Origin: Candidatus Porifericomitales bacterium
GTDB taxonomy: Bacteria; Pseudomonadota; Gammaproteobacteria; CBDEFV01
Assembly: GCA_965237735.1 (NCBI GenBank)
Contig: CBDEFV010000007.1
Location: forward strand, 399,305-463,304
DNA: 64,000 nt
Direction of reading: 5' to 3'
Part shown: positions 12,201-20,100 of the stretch, one piece after another
How positions within the stretch are numbered: the stretch's first letter is position 1
Layout: each line of letters opens with the position of its first letter
The notes under the pieces: generated by a model
Seen by the model: only the letters and a program-made list of their open reading frames with translations
What the model was told of the DNA's origin: nothing
The model's database searches: none
Made by a program: the position numbers and the translations under genes

Positions 12201-15190
12201 TCGGCGGCAGGAGGAACCTCAGGGCCGAGTTCCGCATCGACATCAACGATGCGCCCCGCTACCAGGGCGAGACGACCCTGAGGGTCAATGAGAGCGGTGT
12301 GGAGACGACCGTCATCGAAGTGCAGCTCGGCTCGGCTTCGGATGGCGTTGCCGGCGTCGAGGAGTATCTGCTGCGGGTCGTCGACCCCGACGGCGGCCTC
12401 AGGTTCCTGGAGCCGTCACAGCTGCGCCTGGAAGTGATCGGCTTCGAGGACGAAGGTCGGCCGATTGGCGATTTGCGACACTCGAACAACTACTTTGACC
12501 TGGAAGCCAGCGTCGTCGAACAGAAGAAGACCGATGAGCAGGCCGGGCCCGAAGGCAACGGCAATGAGCTGTCCCTGACCCTGAGGATCAGCGGCAAGCT
12601 GGCGACGCCGTTCGGCAGCGTCGTCGAGCTGCGGCTGTCCGGCGTCGGCGACGGTTACGGCGAGGGTTTCGAGCAGCGGCTGCGGGTGCGGGTCGAGGAT
12701 GTGGCGCCGACCTTCAGGCTGAGGGCGGAACTGGACGACAAGGCCGTGCCCGTCTATCTCGAGCAGCAGCAGCCGCTCGCCCTGGAGCTGAGCTTCTCGG
12801 ACGGCAGCAGGGACGGCACTGGCGGGGCTCCGACGTTCGTCGTGGCGGAGGCGCCCGACGATCTGGCGGTCCGGGTCGACGCCGTCAACCGACGGGTCAC
12901 CCTGAGGCGGCTGAACGCCCCGGGGAGGGGGGGCCTGGTGCGGCTGGCGGTGCTCGACTCCCAGGGCGGCCGGACGGAGCTGCCGTTCACTGTCGAACGC
13001 CCCGCCCTGCTGCCGCAGATCAGGCCGCAGAACCCGCTGTTCATCGTCGTCGGCGGGACAGAGGAACGGGCTGTGGAGCTGGAGCAGGGAACGGGCATAG
13101 AAGACCTGGAGTGGACCGCCTCGGTCTCAGTCGGCTCCGGTCTCGGGATCGAGCTGAGTCGCCCCGACAGTCGTGGCCATGTCGACCTGGAAGTGACGGC
13201 GTCGCCCTCGGCGCCGCCCGGCCAGGCGCGGATCCTCCTCGAGGCGAGCGCTTACGACGGCATCCATCGGCGGCGGGTCGAGATGCCGGTGGTGGTGGTG
13301 CCGGCCGAGCCGAAGCCGCGGCTGCAGCTGAGCCTGAAGGCCGTTGTCGACGACAGAGAGCCAGCCGTGATTTCAAGCTTCCCGGCGAACGATACCCTCT
13401 TCGTCCAGGCGACCCTGGAGGGAGATGTGCCGGAAGAGCTGTTGGACAGGGTCGCCACCTTCTCGATCGCTATAGCCAAAGTGGGGGCAGCTGGCCCCGG
13501 CGCCGCCCGGACCACGACCTTGACGACTGTCGAGGTCGGGGCCGACGAGATTGACATTGAGGTGCTTGTGGAGACGGGGGCGCTGACGACGGCAGAGGGG
13601 GCCTTGCTCGGTCTTCAGCCGGGCGATGTCGTCGAAGTGTCGATTGAACACCTGTGGGCCGACGGCGAGATCATCGCCGGCGACCGCCTGCGCCTGCCGG
13701 TGACCACGACGATCAGTGCGTCGAGCCTCGACAGCGACAACGACGGCGTCGTCGACGCCTTCGACGACAACGAGGATCCGTCGACCCTGGGGTCGGCGGC
13801 GGCGCCGATCACGGCGGCCGTCGCCCGGGTGACGGAGGACCGCATCGATGTGCAGGGCGCCAGGCAGGTGTCGCTGGCGCTCGGCAATCTGGCGCGCTCC
13901 CTCGGCCTCGGTCAGTGCGGCGGCGTGACCATGGCGCTGACGGTGGGCATGGATGGAGCTCCGCCTGTGCTGAGCGGCTGCGGCGGCCTGTCGGAGAACT
14001 TCGCAGGCCTGGCCCTATCGCAGAGCCTGGCGCTGGCAGATCGCTTCGGACAGGGAGAATACCAGCTGATCGACCTCTCGGCCGGCTTCGACAGCAGCGC
14101 CGTCAACCACGACGAGCCCCTGGTCGTCAGCCTGCCGTTCGACCCGCAGACGACCCGCGTCTACCGCTACGACGACCAGCTCGAGGCCTGGGTGCCGGTC
14201 ATCGACGCCGGCCTGCCGGGTCAGGACGGCGGCCCGGGGGCGCTGAGCAATATCAACCGCGATTGCGACACCTGCTTCTACGGCGTCGACAGCGACCGCG
14301 ACGGCTCGGTCGAGATGCTGCTGCTGCTGCAGACGGTCGAGGATCTGAGCCTGGCCCTGGCCGCTGATGCCTCCGGCTACCAGAACAGGGTCATTGAGCT
14401 CGAGGTCGACCCCGAGGCCGAAGAGAACCCGCTCCTGATCATCCCGCTCGAGCTGGGCGCCGATCTGGAGAAGGTCCGGGTCATAACAGAAATGGACGGC
14501 GTTTTCGGCGTCTACAGCCAGACGGCGACCATAGTCCGCCGCAGGGACGTCAGCACCGGCCCGGCTGTGGTGCTGCGCGGCCTGAGGCGCACGGCGGACG
14601 GCCCCGAGGAGGTGCGGGTCGAGGCGCTGGACGCCGGCGGCGGCGCGGTCGCCACCCTGACCCTGCTGGTCGCGGTTGCCAATCGGCCGCCGGACATCCT
14701 CTTCATGCGGGACGGCGAGGCGACGACTTCGATTCGTATTGAAGCCGACGGCGACCCGGTGATCGTGATCGTGCAGGTCGAGGACCCCGTCGACGGCGAC
14801 AGCAGCTTCGAGCTGCAGCTGCTTGACGACCGGGGCATCGCCGAGCTGGTGCCGCGGCTCAACCGCGGCGGCAGCGTCACCAACGAGCTGAGGCTGACGC
14901 CGGACGCCGGCGGCAGGAATTTCGAGCTGAGACTGAAGGCGACGGATCTGACCGACGACAGCGAGACCTTCGCTTCGCTGAGCGTCTGCGTCCTCGACGG
15001 GGACGGCCGCTGCCGCCGCTCCACGACCGTTGCCGCCGGCGGCGGCGGCGGTGGCGGCAGCAGCGGCCCGCTGTGGCTGCTCCTCGCTGTTCCCGCGGCC
15101 CTGCTGCTCTGGCGGCGGCGGCCGGCCCTTCCCCGGCGCCGACAACAAGTCGGGTCTTTCCCGGCAGGCAGGGTCTCTGCCGTCCGGTAG
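3254..15190 (+). CDS. Giant secreted/surface Calx-beta repeat protein A (~3980 aa) with Sec signal peptide and GlyGly-CTERM-like C-terminal sorting tail
   Basis: Contiguous 11.9-kb ORF. Signal peptide WSRRIAAAAVLLAAALITVLPASA/QEQQ; the true start may be a TTG near 3371, since there is no ATG close to the signal peptide. Dozens of ~100-aa repeats carry DY..G..F..GE...I.DDD..E.DE.F (Calx-beta-like) signatures. C-terminus is GGGGGGGSSGPLWLLLAVPAALLLWRRRPALPRRRQQ. Confidence 0.85.
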   Translation: MGGPAAVSAAARFERAGRVGQSRPSAATAACRDLPSAALGPPLAAPLTSPLTTLTTWSRRIAAAAVLLAAALITVLPASAQEQQPPTLTLRVLPPETISVNEGDTASGAVCFEVVGQPPEEIVFPFDIVLFLESKVFSPTEHEPGGLGSARENIDYVAVIGPVRIRWPAPGASFCRIFPIQTIEDQEVEPDERFRILIELLHGPSGVPVILLGHVITYIILDDDGPVVFAIQDVESGVFDDTIVPPFEEGDEEDAGFREICALVTSHSRGFPREAGVTLSLSMSDGSAVSPQDYSLSGSSERPLFFQQGDRWVCTRFALDVVDDEIYEGDEDLLISLSLEAGSPADLRVSTPKARLRILDNEEPPGIDLFDTAAAERTVDRLTVSEGSNITYYVALNSPPSENVNLQIFIDDPVGDGSTAVNNRSQLLGAPLTFTPADWQSTQGVPVILNHNNYFGPNREVVIRYDAVSGAPDYGAATLTLTVRDTDRVPAVDIEFTFTDDGQTVTADDIDHDRFTEGRAPISLTIKVFARRMRDRAGAFSEPFDLTMEFRPVVWNERQAADYLLDYRVAPQEFMLTLPAFGSEVSTVVDLFLIDDDIAEPDESFQIRGYKSMEERFFPSLHRLANPEASVAIKSDDRRGLLVSATSIRSREGEVGDFTVRLLSQPPAGESVRVDVNLDDVPGLSYLEVDGVSHQLSGDLRLIFTENGWNRPRRVIFSADNELFGPNPEVTIALIPGGAGYNESHKAELTIILEDEDPFPKVGALSLALLSAPENFFPTIESQESVGTVAYKIVAMLDRPSSEDIELSLSFEGSADEDDYRVEPAAPSLTVPAFERVGSTTIRVTFTDDDIAEGVERIDIRISEVPGNTLDPSLSDIINSIFIADALEDMRGVEVSPQQLIVVEGGEAATYTLELTSQPSGPLTVTLTLQSGGDGGEASAVLPAVLIEPMELSFERPNDAPWSEPREIRVSVADNGVEEDPRQATIVHGLTGSDYQSNGVPVPDVLLRVVERGLVLTETAAVNEGEEYRYEVALRSPPAGAVEVAVLVSQGRALRSLETDNGRFEIADRDSVEVPGVLSFTPENWHRTQSVIVRTTDNDYSSPDGLEQVLITHIALGADYGGEKATLTLTVLDNYEPARSITLSLRPSQLSEAAGRVVVTVTAGIDRPRQQDTMVQLRVVAEPVDDDPATGGYATAGRNSDYAVDSASFFLVIEAYDSGGSGNFTLLLIDDDIDENGGEVFLVAAVADLDNVRAHGTATLTIIDDDERGLRISRERLFLVEGGEAEVYSVRLTSQPTALVGVFIQVDYGAAMEGMAMDGMADSVLLNGIPELLLTFGVSGENAWDQEQEVRVTLEENTDSNENREAILRHSAEGGDYQGLPGAAVALRLADRGIRISPTELSVLEGGTAEYSLVLLSAPTASVQVQLSLSDADAIDHLEIGGQRTAVASDPLPSLTFTTDNWDTPQTVRVQAQDNPYSGENEPVTISHSASSDDEGYAGLAIDAVELTIDNEDLESDMLLLEVRLGDSGDFGPFVQFNEERPLGGALVDNVVDVQLRAHLNEAPFRDDRVLLLSVDEELSLATLGRDFSATLTATPDDPEGTGIGQGWIAPGAAALRLTLPKERTTITVGLEFQVKADRSDEDDGEDIQIGGTLEDLSARTAAPVFLDIIDNDVRGLDIRPQALTLVEGGETRTYEVRLTSEPDPDPNRDGVLAPAEGEVSVQIRIAGTETPPGAAPDRIKRVPNSLVFGGDSGPQWNEWQTVDVSLAENDSRHDTREAFLRHSTEGTDYSAAPASQVSLTLVDRRILISTDRLTVVEGGAASYTVTLISPPTGEVTVRVSIARGRLGADGSAAVADAVLAERPLIFDGDDWDQPQAVTVRLADNDYSGENRQIRMEHVAVGGGYDSAQAATVTLTVVNEEEEETTKVRLSLSHAELREDQGPVPVRVRATLDVPRQQDTVLTLVFDDIPEDSPDAAELGLDFTSDRQLPRFIIPAFGRYGELELTLTPINDNIDEGDSDPLFFSVFTEGGLTVVPARLDILDDDSAGVTVTPASRRVRPGQPVGYALVLDTVPNFGTVTVIARVRAAPGSEARAEDIEVPGPLRFNDANWDRPQQLRLEAAEEVGGFGGLIIEFDASSEDPPYNIVAVASATLELTDVDTSLQSLELRLSRGGERLPLRQQPDGDVGFAPRVADYEAEIPSGARSAVLTATPTVTRDNAGESEQSPGEVYLFLDGEPQGNGADVAGDEVRLDLSTGGELFVFDIEVSVALPQENGETPPAVQNYRLTLRRALPEGAGLHILVVDEDGGRTPLTAGTPLRFGPDEEGMNLIFVVRAGGNRYPISELRVNHGDDFTLLSEDDGNPTRVEEGRLALSRGEVVADGSFETPVRLVRNGPALSEDFDFRLSFRATAQRPRAAGAEELSAELAGTLEANSETETEIRANYSGEAQGEELLPVSTTVRVSANGPLTLVWSLGRSGGGDRSFKQSDFTSTLSVGETATLRMAQDDDEELRQVLSLDGSEGEVEVRIAATHGGSLSKIRDPEQLSFTLVFERPRALLRPVVDAEPLRAFRDPLFVFVEEGERLNRQNRRHPPELDLQLPLELVLTADSTPLQGRDGILRGLDLSPTMTIGGEATEGLSLGGGSGRDLLFAAAEPRNGVAVAVGIRVPDPRVRVDELRFDAHFLSLDHPLEVPFDRVSGNDFKGDERVFSISLRGEQPAAETWTLSVANVLELEDNGYKAEEVIQVPGERLLNIIRKPAGGGDNYSSEIVSVQVFDDIVPGIEPGAPTEELTAEQLSATLAVDGAVPPEVRQLLDAEGPATLTLIVGVTPAHDRPATGEERQARTRTRTLRIRRLRADATDSRVALRFAYTPPPGLGRAGVFNRIIPLATGISARLEATLSPAALVLPKGGTAEVLLVVSNLLLGEDPCSVLVFRHSADLQVAPRACAGVDRTNRRFEQRLEVRVDQDATAPDYVIRVDVNLGGRRNLRAEFRIDINDAPRYQGETTLRVNESGVETTVIEVQLGSASDGVAGVEEYLLRVVDPDGGLRFLEPSQLRLEVIGFEDEGRPIGDLRHSNNYFDLEASVVEQKKTDEQAGPEGNGNELSLTLRISGKLATPFGSVVELRLSGVGDGYGEGFEQRLRVRVEDVAPTFRLRAELDDKAVPVYLEQQQPLALELSFSDGSRDGTGGAPTFVVAEAPDDLAVRVDAVNRRVTLRRLNAPGRGGLVRLAVLDSQGGRTELPFTVERPALLPQIRPQNPLFIVVGGTEERAVELEQGTGIEDLEWTASVSVGSGLGIELSRPDSRGHVDLEVTASPSAPPGQARILLEASAYDGIHRRRVEMPVVVVPAEPKPRLQLSLKAVVDDREPAVISSFPANDTLFVQATLEGDVPEELLDRVATFSIAIAKVGAAGPGAARTTTLTTVEVGADEIDIEVLVETGALTTAEGALLGLQPGDVVEVSIEHLWADGEIIAGDRLRLPVTTTISASSLDSDNDGVVDAFDDNEDPSTLGSAAAPITAAVARVTEDRIDVQGARQVSLALGNLARSLGLGQCGGVTMALTVGMDGAPPVLSGCGGLSENFAGLALSQSLALADRFGQGEYQLIDLSAGFDSSAVNHDEPLVVSLPFDPQTTRVYRYDDQLEAWVPVIDAGLPGQDGGPGALSNINRDCDTCFYGVDSDRDGSVEMLLLLQTVEDLSLALAADASGYQNRVIELEVDPEAEENPLLIIPLELGADLEKVRVITEMDGVFGVYSQTATIVRRRDVSTGPAVVLRGLRRTADGPEEVRVEALDAGGGAVATLTLLVAVANRPPDILFMRDGEATTSIRIEADGDPVIVIVQVEDPVDGDSSFELQLLDDRGIAELVPRLNRGGSVTNELRLTPDAGGRNFELRLKATDLTDDSETFASLSVCVLDGDGRCRRSTTVAAGGGGGGGSSGPLWLLLAVPAALLLWRRRPALPRRRQQVGSFPAGRVSAVR

Positions 15191-15865
15191 CCGGCTCGGG
15201 GCCCGGCTCCCCGCCCCCTCTTCAGGGTGTGGAATCAGCCCGATGTTCGCAGCAGCATCTTCGCCGAGCGGTGGCGGCGGCGGCGGCAGCAGCGGCCCGC
15301 TGTGGCTGCTCCTCGCTGTTCCCGCGGCCCTGCTGCTCTGGCGGCGGCGACCGGCCCTGCCCTGGCGCCGACAACTCTGGAGCCGGGTCTTTCCCGGCAG
15401 CGGGGTCTCCGCGGCCCGGTAGCCAGCTCAGGGCCCGGCCCCCCGCCCCCTCTTCAGGGTGTGGAATCAGCACGATTTTCGCAGCAGCATCCTCGCCGGA
15501 CAGCGGCGGCCCGTTGTGGCTGCTCCTCGCTGTTCCCGCAGCTCCGCTGCTCTGGCGGCGGCCGGCCCTCCCCCCGTCGCCGACAACAAGTCGGATCCTT
15601 CCCGGCAGGCAGGGCCTCTGCGGCCGGCAGCCGGCTTGGGGCCTGGCCCCCCGCCCCCTCTTCAGGGTGTGGAATCAGCGCGATTTTCGCAGCAGCATCC
15701 TCGCCGGACAGCGGCGGCCCGTTGTGGCTGCTCCTTGCTGTTCCCGCGGCCCTGCTGCTCTGGCGGCGGCGGCCGGCCCTTCCCCGGCGCCGACAACTCT
15801 GGAGCCGGGTCTTTCCCGGCAGGCGCCTGCCGCGGCGCCGGCTCTCCGATTACTGCTGCCGGAGA
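15191..15865 (+). repeat. Tandem array (~3 extra copies, ~230-bp period) of promoterless tail cassettes re-encoding the gene A C-terminal sorting signal
   Basis: Units begin gtgtggaatcagc... and each encodes ...SGCGIS(P/A/T)(M/I)FAAASSP(S/D)G(n)SSGPLWLLLAVPAALLLWRRRPALP...stop. Copies differ by SNPs and indels and sit in different frames. Confidence 0.8.
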
Positions 15866-15952
15866 AAGTCCTGTAGCGAGGCGAGCAGCGCCCGGTGGAA
15901 GGGCGCTCGGGCTGCTCGATCATCATCATGTGGCCCGTCGCCAGAGATCTCG
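15866..15952 (-). pseudogene. Displaced fragment of the alpha/beta-hydrolase gene 3' end (native copy 30464-30560)
   Basis: The sequence ctgctgccggagaaagtcctgtagcgaggcgagcagcgcccggtggaagggc...catcatcatgtggcccgtcgccagagat matches the hydrolase C-terminus (GHMMMIEQPE...LQDFLRQQ*). Confidence 0.65.
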
Positions 15953-16480
15953 TCGTCACCGCGGTGCCGCCGCTGACGGCCTCTGGACGCGCAAGGAAAA
16001 TCTGGTCCTGGCCATCGAGACCGCCGACTGCATACCGCTGCTGCTGGCCGCCGACGACGGCGCGATCGTCGCCGCCCTGCACGCCGGCTGGCGCGGATTG
16101 GCCGGCGGCATCATCGACGCCGCCCTCGAGGCCCTGCCCTGTCGCCCTCAAAAGCTGCGGGCCTGGATCGGCCCGGCCATCTCGCAGCAGCACTACGAGG
16201 TCGGCAGCGAGGTGCGTCAGACCTTCCTCGAGCAGGATGGGCGCCCTCGCGTCCTTTTTCCTCCCCTCGCCGCCCAGAACGGCCGAAGCCGACGCCTCCC
16301 CGGGTCTCCGCTGGCTCGCCGACCTGCCCGGCATGGCCGCACACCAGCTGCGCCAGTTCGGATTAACGCAAATTTACAACTGCGGCCTCTGCACCTTCGC
16401 CCGCCCCGAACTGTTTTTTTCCTACAGGCGCGGCGACCGTCACAAATTTATTGTCACCTTCATCTGGCGGCAGCCGGCGA
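15953..16480 (+). pseudogene. Partial frameshifted copy of pgeF (3' two-thirds) fused by microhomology to the hydrolase fragment
   Basis: Encodes DGLWTRKENLVLAIETADCIPLLLAADDGAIVAALHAGWRGLAGGIIDAALEALPCRPQKLRAWIGPAISQQHYEVGSEVRQTFLEQD, then continues after a frameshift to ...FSYRRGDRHKFIVTFIWRQP. The junction gccgccgctgacggcctc matches the native pgeF sequence gccgcagctgacggcctc. Confidence 0.75.
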
Positions 16481-16745
16481 CCTCCCGCCAGGCCCTCACG
16501 GGTCGGGACGGCTCCGTTTCCAGCCCGCAGGAGCAGGTTTTTAGCGGGCGCGCTCCCTGCGCCTCCTGAGCCACACCATAGCGGCCCCCAGAGCCAGGGC
16601 CAACAGCAACAGATCGCTCCAGCCGACGGCTCCGATGCCGCTGGAGCGGATACTCAAGGTGACCTCGTATTGGTCGACCTCCTCGCCGTTGTCATCGAAG
16701 ACAAGGAAGCGGACATCAATATCGGCCTCAGGCCGAGGGGAAGGC
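16481..16745 (-). repeat. Dispersed copy of the pgeF-downstream segment, encoding the C-terminal tail of the small secreted protein
   Basis: gagccacaccatagcggcccccagagccagggccaacagcaacag...ccgctggagcggatactcaaggtgacctcg matches 36255-36340 and 36505-36600. On the minus strand it encodes ...SSGIG.VGW..LLL.ALALGAAMLWLRRRRQ. Confidence 0.7.
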
Positions 16746-16794
16746 GGCGGCGCTGCAATCGCTGCGGCCGTCGGGCGCTTCGACGCCGATGATC

Positions 16795-17150
16795 AGCCTG
16801 TGCCCGGCCGGCCGGCCCTCGCCGGCGGGCCCGGGCGCCGGCGATGCGCAGGGCCTGGCGTTTCTTCGGCAGCAGGGCCTTGCCGCCGTAACCCGTCCCG
16901 GAGAAGGGCCCAGGAATCTGTAGCCTGTGAACAGGGGGCCAAGCCTCGAGCCGGCTGCAGAGCGGCAGAGGCCCCGCCTGCCGGAAAAGGCCTGGCAGCT
17001 ATTGTTGTCGGCAACCGCGGAGGGTCGGTTGGCGCCGCCGGAGCCCGTCCCGGAGAAGGGCCCAGGAAGCTGTAGCCTGTGAGCAGGGGGCCAAGCCCCG
17101 AGCCGGCTGCAGAGCGACAGAGACCCCGCCTGCCGGAAAAGGCCTGGAAG
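16795..17150 (-). repeat. Tandem array (2 extra copies, ~146-bp period) of the region immediately downstream of gene B's C-terminal tail
   Basis: ctattgttgtcggcaacc...gcctgccggaaaaggcctgg(a/c)ag is repeated at ~16850, ~16996 and in the native copy at 17151. Confidence 0.75.
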
Positions 17151-20100
17151 CTATTGTTGTCGGCAACCGTGGAGGGCCGGTCGCCGCCGCCGGAGGGTCA
17201 CCAACGCCGCCGGGGCGGCGAGGAACAGCCACAGCAGGCCGCTGCCGCCGCCGCCGCCGCCGCCGCCGGAGGAGCGAGAGGCCGCGGGGCATTTGCCGTC
17301 TTCATTGAGGACACAGACGGTCAGTCGCTCGGAGAGCGTCCCCCCGTCGTCGTCGGGATCGGTCAGATCGGTGGCCCTGACCCTCAGCCTGAAGGGCGAG
17401 CGGGCAGCGCCCGGGGTCAGTACCAGTCTGTGCTCAACCACAAAGACCGCGGGATCGTTGACAGAGGGCATCGCCCTTGACACCAGCCGGGCAATCTCAT
17501 CGTCGCCGGGCTTCGCCAGTTCCAGCCTGAAGCTGTCGTCGCCGTCGGGGTCGGTGATGATCACCCTGACGACCGTTTCCGTGTTCGGCTCCAGGCTGAT
17601 CGTCGTGGTTTCCTCGCCGTCCAACTCGAAGGTGATGACCGGAGGCTGATTGCGAACCCCGACCTGGAGGGTGAAGGAGGCGACGGCTGCTCCGCCGTCA
17701 TCGTCAAACAGCTCGACCAGCACCTCTTCGGGCCCGCCGAGGGTGCGCTTGCTACCGGTCAGAATCAGGGCGGGGCCGGCTGCAACGGTGTTGCTGAATT
17801 CGCCCTCGACATTGTCGCTTCCCGTGACGACCGGAGTCAGACCCGGGCGCAGGCCGGACAGGGGGATGACAGTTCCGTCCGCCCCGGCATCCAGCTCGAG
17901 GCGGCGGTCGCGGAACTCTTCGCCCACCTCAAGGTTCAGCGGCTCTTCCACGGACCGCAGCAGCAACAGCAACTCGACCGAGCCGTCGCGGTCGTCGTCG
18001 ACGCCGTAGAAGCAGGTGTCGCAGTCGGCGACGCCTTCCAGGGCTCCGGCGCCGCCGGCGCCACCGGGCAGACCGGCGTCAATCACCGGCACCCAGGTCG
18101 CTTCGACGAGGCGATAGACCTCGTAGGACAGGTGCTCCCCGGGATGGGGCGGCAGGTTGATCAGCACCAGCTCGTTGGCTTCGGTCTCAGAGCTGTCGAA
18201 GCGGATCGAGAGATCGACGATCAGGTAATCCCCCGCGCCGCCGCCGAAACCACCAGCAGACAAGGCCTGAGTCACGGCCTCTGCCGTGTCGAGGTTTTCA
18301 AAGTCGGTCAGCAGGGCGTCGCCGCAACCGCTCAAACCGGCGACGGTACCGTCCATGGCCACCATCAGCGCCAGGGTCACGCCGCCGCACTGGCCGAGAT
18401 TGAGGGAGCGCGCCAGGTTGCCGAGCGACAGCGACAGCTCGTCATCCTGCACCTCGACGCCGGCGTCCGTCACCGCGGCGACGGCGGCCTCGATCGGCCC
18501 CAGAATGGCGGGGTCGACTTCGTCGCCGGCGGCGTCAACCAGGCCGTCGTTGTCCGTGTCGATGAAGGCGTCCAGAGGCTCGGCTGAGTCGCGCAGGTCG
18601 ACGACCGGCAGGCGCAGGCGGTCGCCCTCTATGACTCCTGAGCCGAAGAAGTGACTGATCGAGATCTCCACCACCTGGCCGTCAGCAACATCCAGTCCCT
18701 GCAGTCCAGTAGCCGAGGCTGTCATCAACGCCAGCCCGACACGGAGGTCGGCATTGACCTCGACCGTCGTCGTCAGTTCCCACTCGACAGTGGCAGTGGC
18801 TATCGGCTCTCCGTCGGGGCCGAGCCGGGCGATGCTGAGCGTGAAGGTCGTGACGCTGCCGACCTCAATCTGCTGCGGCAGCTGGCCTGCCAGGGTCGCC
18901 TCGACGAAGAGGGTGTCGGTCAGCAGGAAGCTGGAGACCGTCGACCCTGCGGTCGTCGGATCGGCGGGGTCCGCGGCCTTCAGACTCAACTGCAGGCGCG
19001 GCCTGGGAGCGGGCGCCACCACCACCACGGGGAGCTCTGCCGTCCGCTGCATGCCGTCAGCGGAGGTCGCGGTCAACTCAAGCATGAAGGCCCGGCCGGC
19101 CACTGCCAGCAAAGCGCTCACGGCCACCCGGCCGCTGCCATCGTCCAGGGTCTCCACTACGGCGTTGAGATCCTCGTGCCCAGAGGCTGTCCAGATCACC
19201 TCCAGGTCGGTGGCCTCGGTGAAACTCAGCTCCCGCACGACCGGGTTGTCATCGCCGGCAACCACCAACAGCGGGCTCGGCGGCAGAATCTGCGGCAACA
19301 GCGACGGGCGCTCAATGTTGAGGGTCACCTCTGTCCGCCCGCCCTGGGAGTCGACCACCACCAGGGTTATTTGCTCATCCTCGTCGTCCTGAGAGTCGTT
19401 CAGGCGTATCAGGGTGACTTGTCGCTGCTCCCTGTCGAACCGGACCACCAGATCGTCCGGCGCATGCTGCACGACGACGACCGGAAGCTGGTCCCCAGGG
19501 GTTGCGCCTCTCCTGCCGTCCGAGAACTCATCCAGCTTCAGGACAACTTCCCGCTGGTCGGCGAAGACAGTGACCGTGGTCGTCGCCAACATAAAAGTCG
19601 GCGCCACATCCTCGACCTGGACGAGCAGGCGCTGGTTGAGCACATCGTAACCGTCGGTGGCGCCGGACAGGCGCAACTCGACGACACTGCCGAAGGGCGT
19701 CGCCAGCCGGCCGGTGAGGGTCAGGGTGACGAAGAGCTCATTGGCGCCCCCTGCCAGATCCCTCCGTTCGACGGAGCCGGACGCCAGACTGAAGTAGGGC
19801 ACCAACTCCTGTACTCCCGTGCCAAAGGTGAACGGCTCTGAGTTGTTGTCGCCTAGGACCGCCTCCAGCATCAAATCATCCGGGCTCAGCTCCATCAGGC
19901 CGCCGTCGGGGTCGTGGACGGTCAGGACATAGGCCTGGATGCCGCCGGCGGCCGCATCGCCGTCCTCTTTGACTGTCAGCCGGGTCTCGCCGACATATTC
20001 CGGAGCATCGTTGATGTCGATGCGGAACTCGGCCCGGGCGCTCCTGCCGCCGAGACGCACATCTATCGAAACCGGATACCCGGCCCTGTCCGCACTCTCC

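Noticed and set aside
15073-15976. ORFs 15073-15876 and 15227-15976 spanning the tail-cassette array as possible real genes
   Set aside because: They are concatenations of out-of-frame cassette copies (Ala/Pro/Arg-rich) and have no independent start signals. Treated as repeat DNA.
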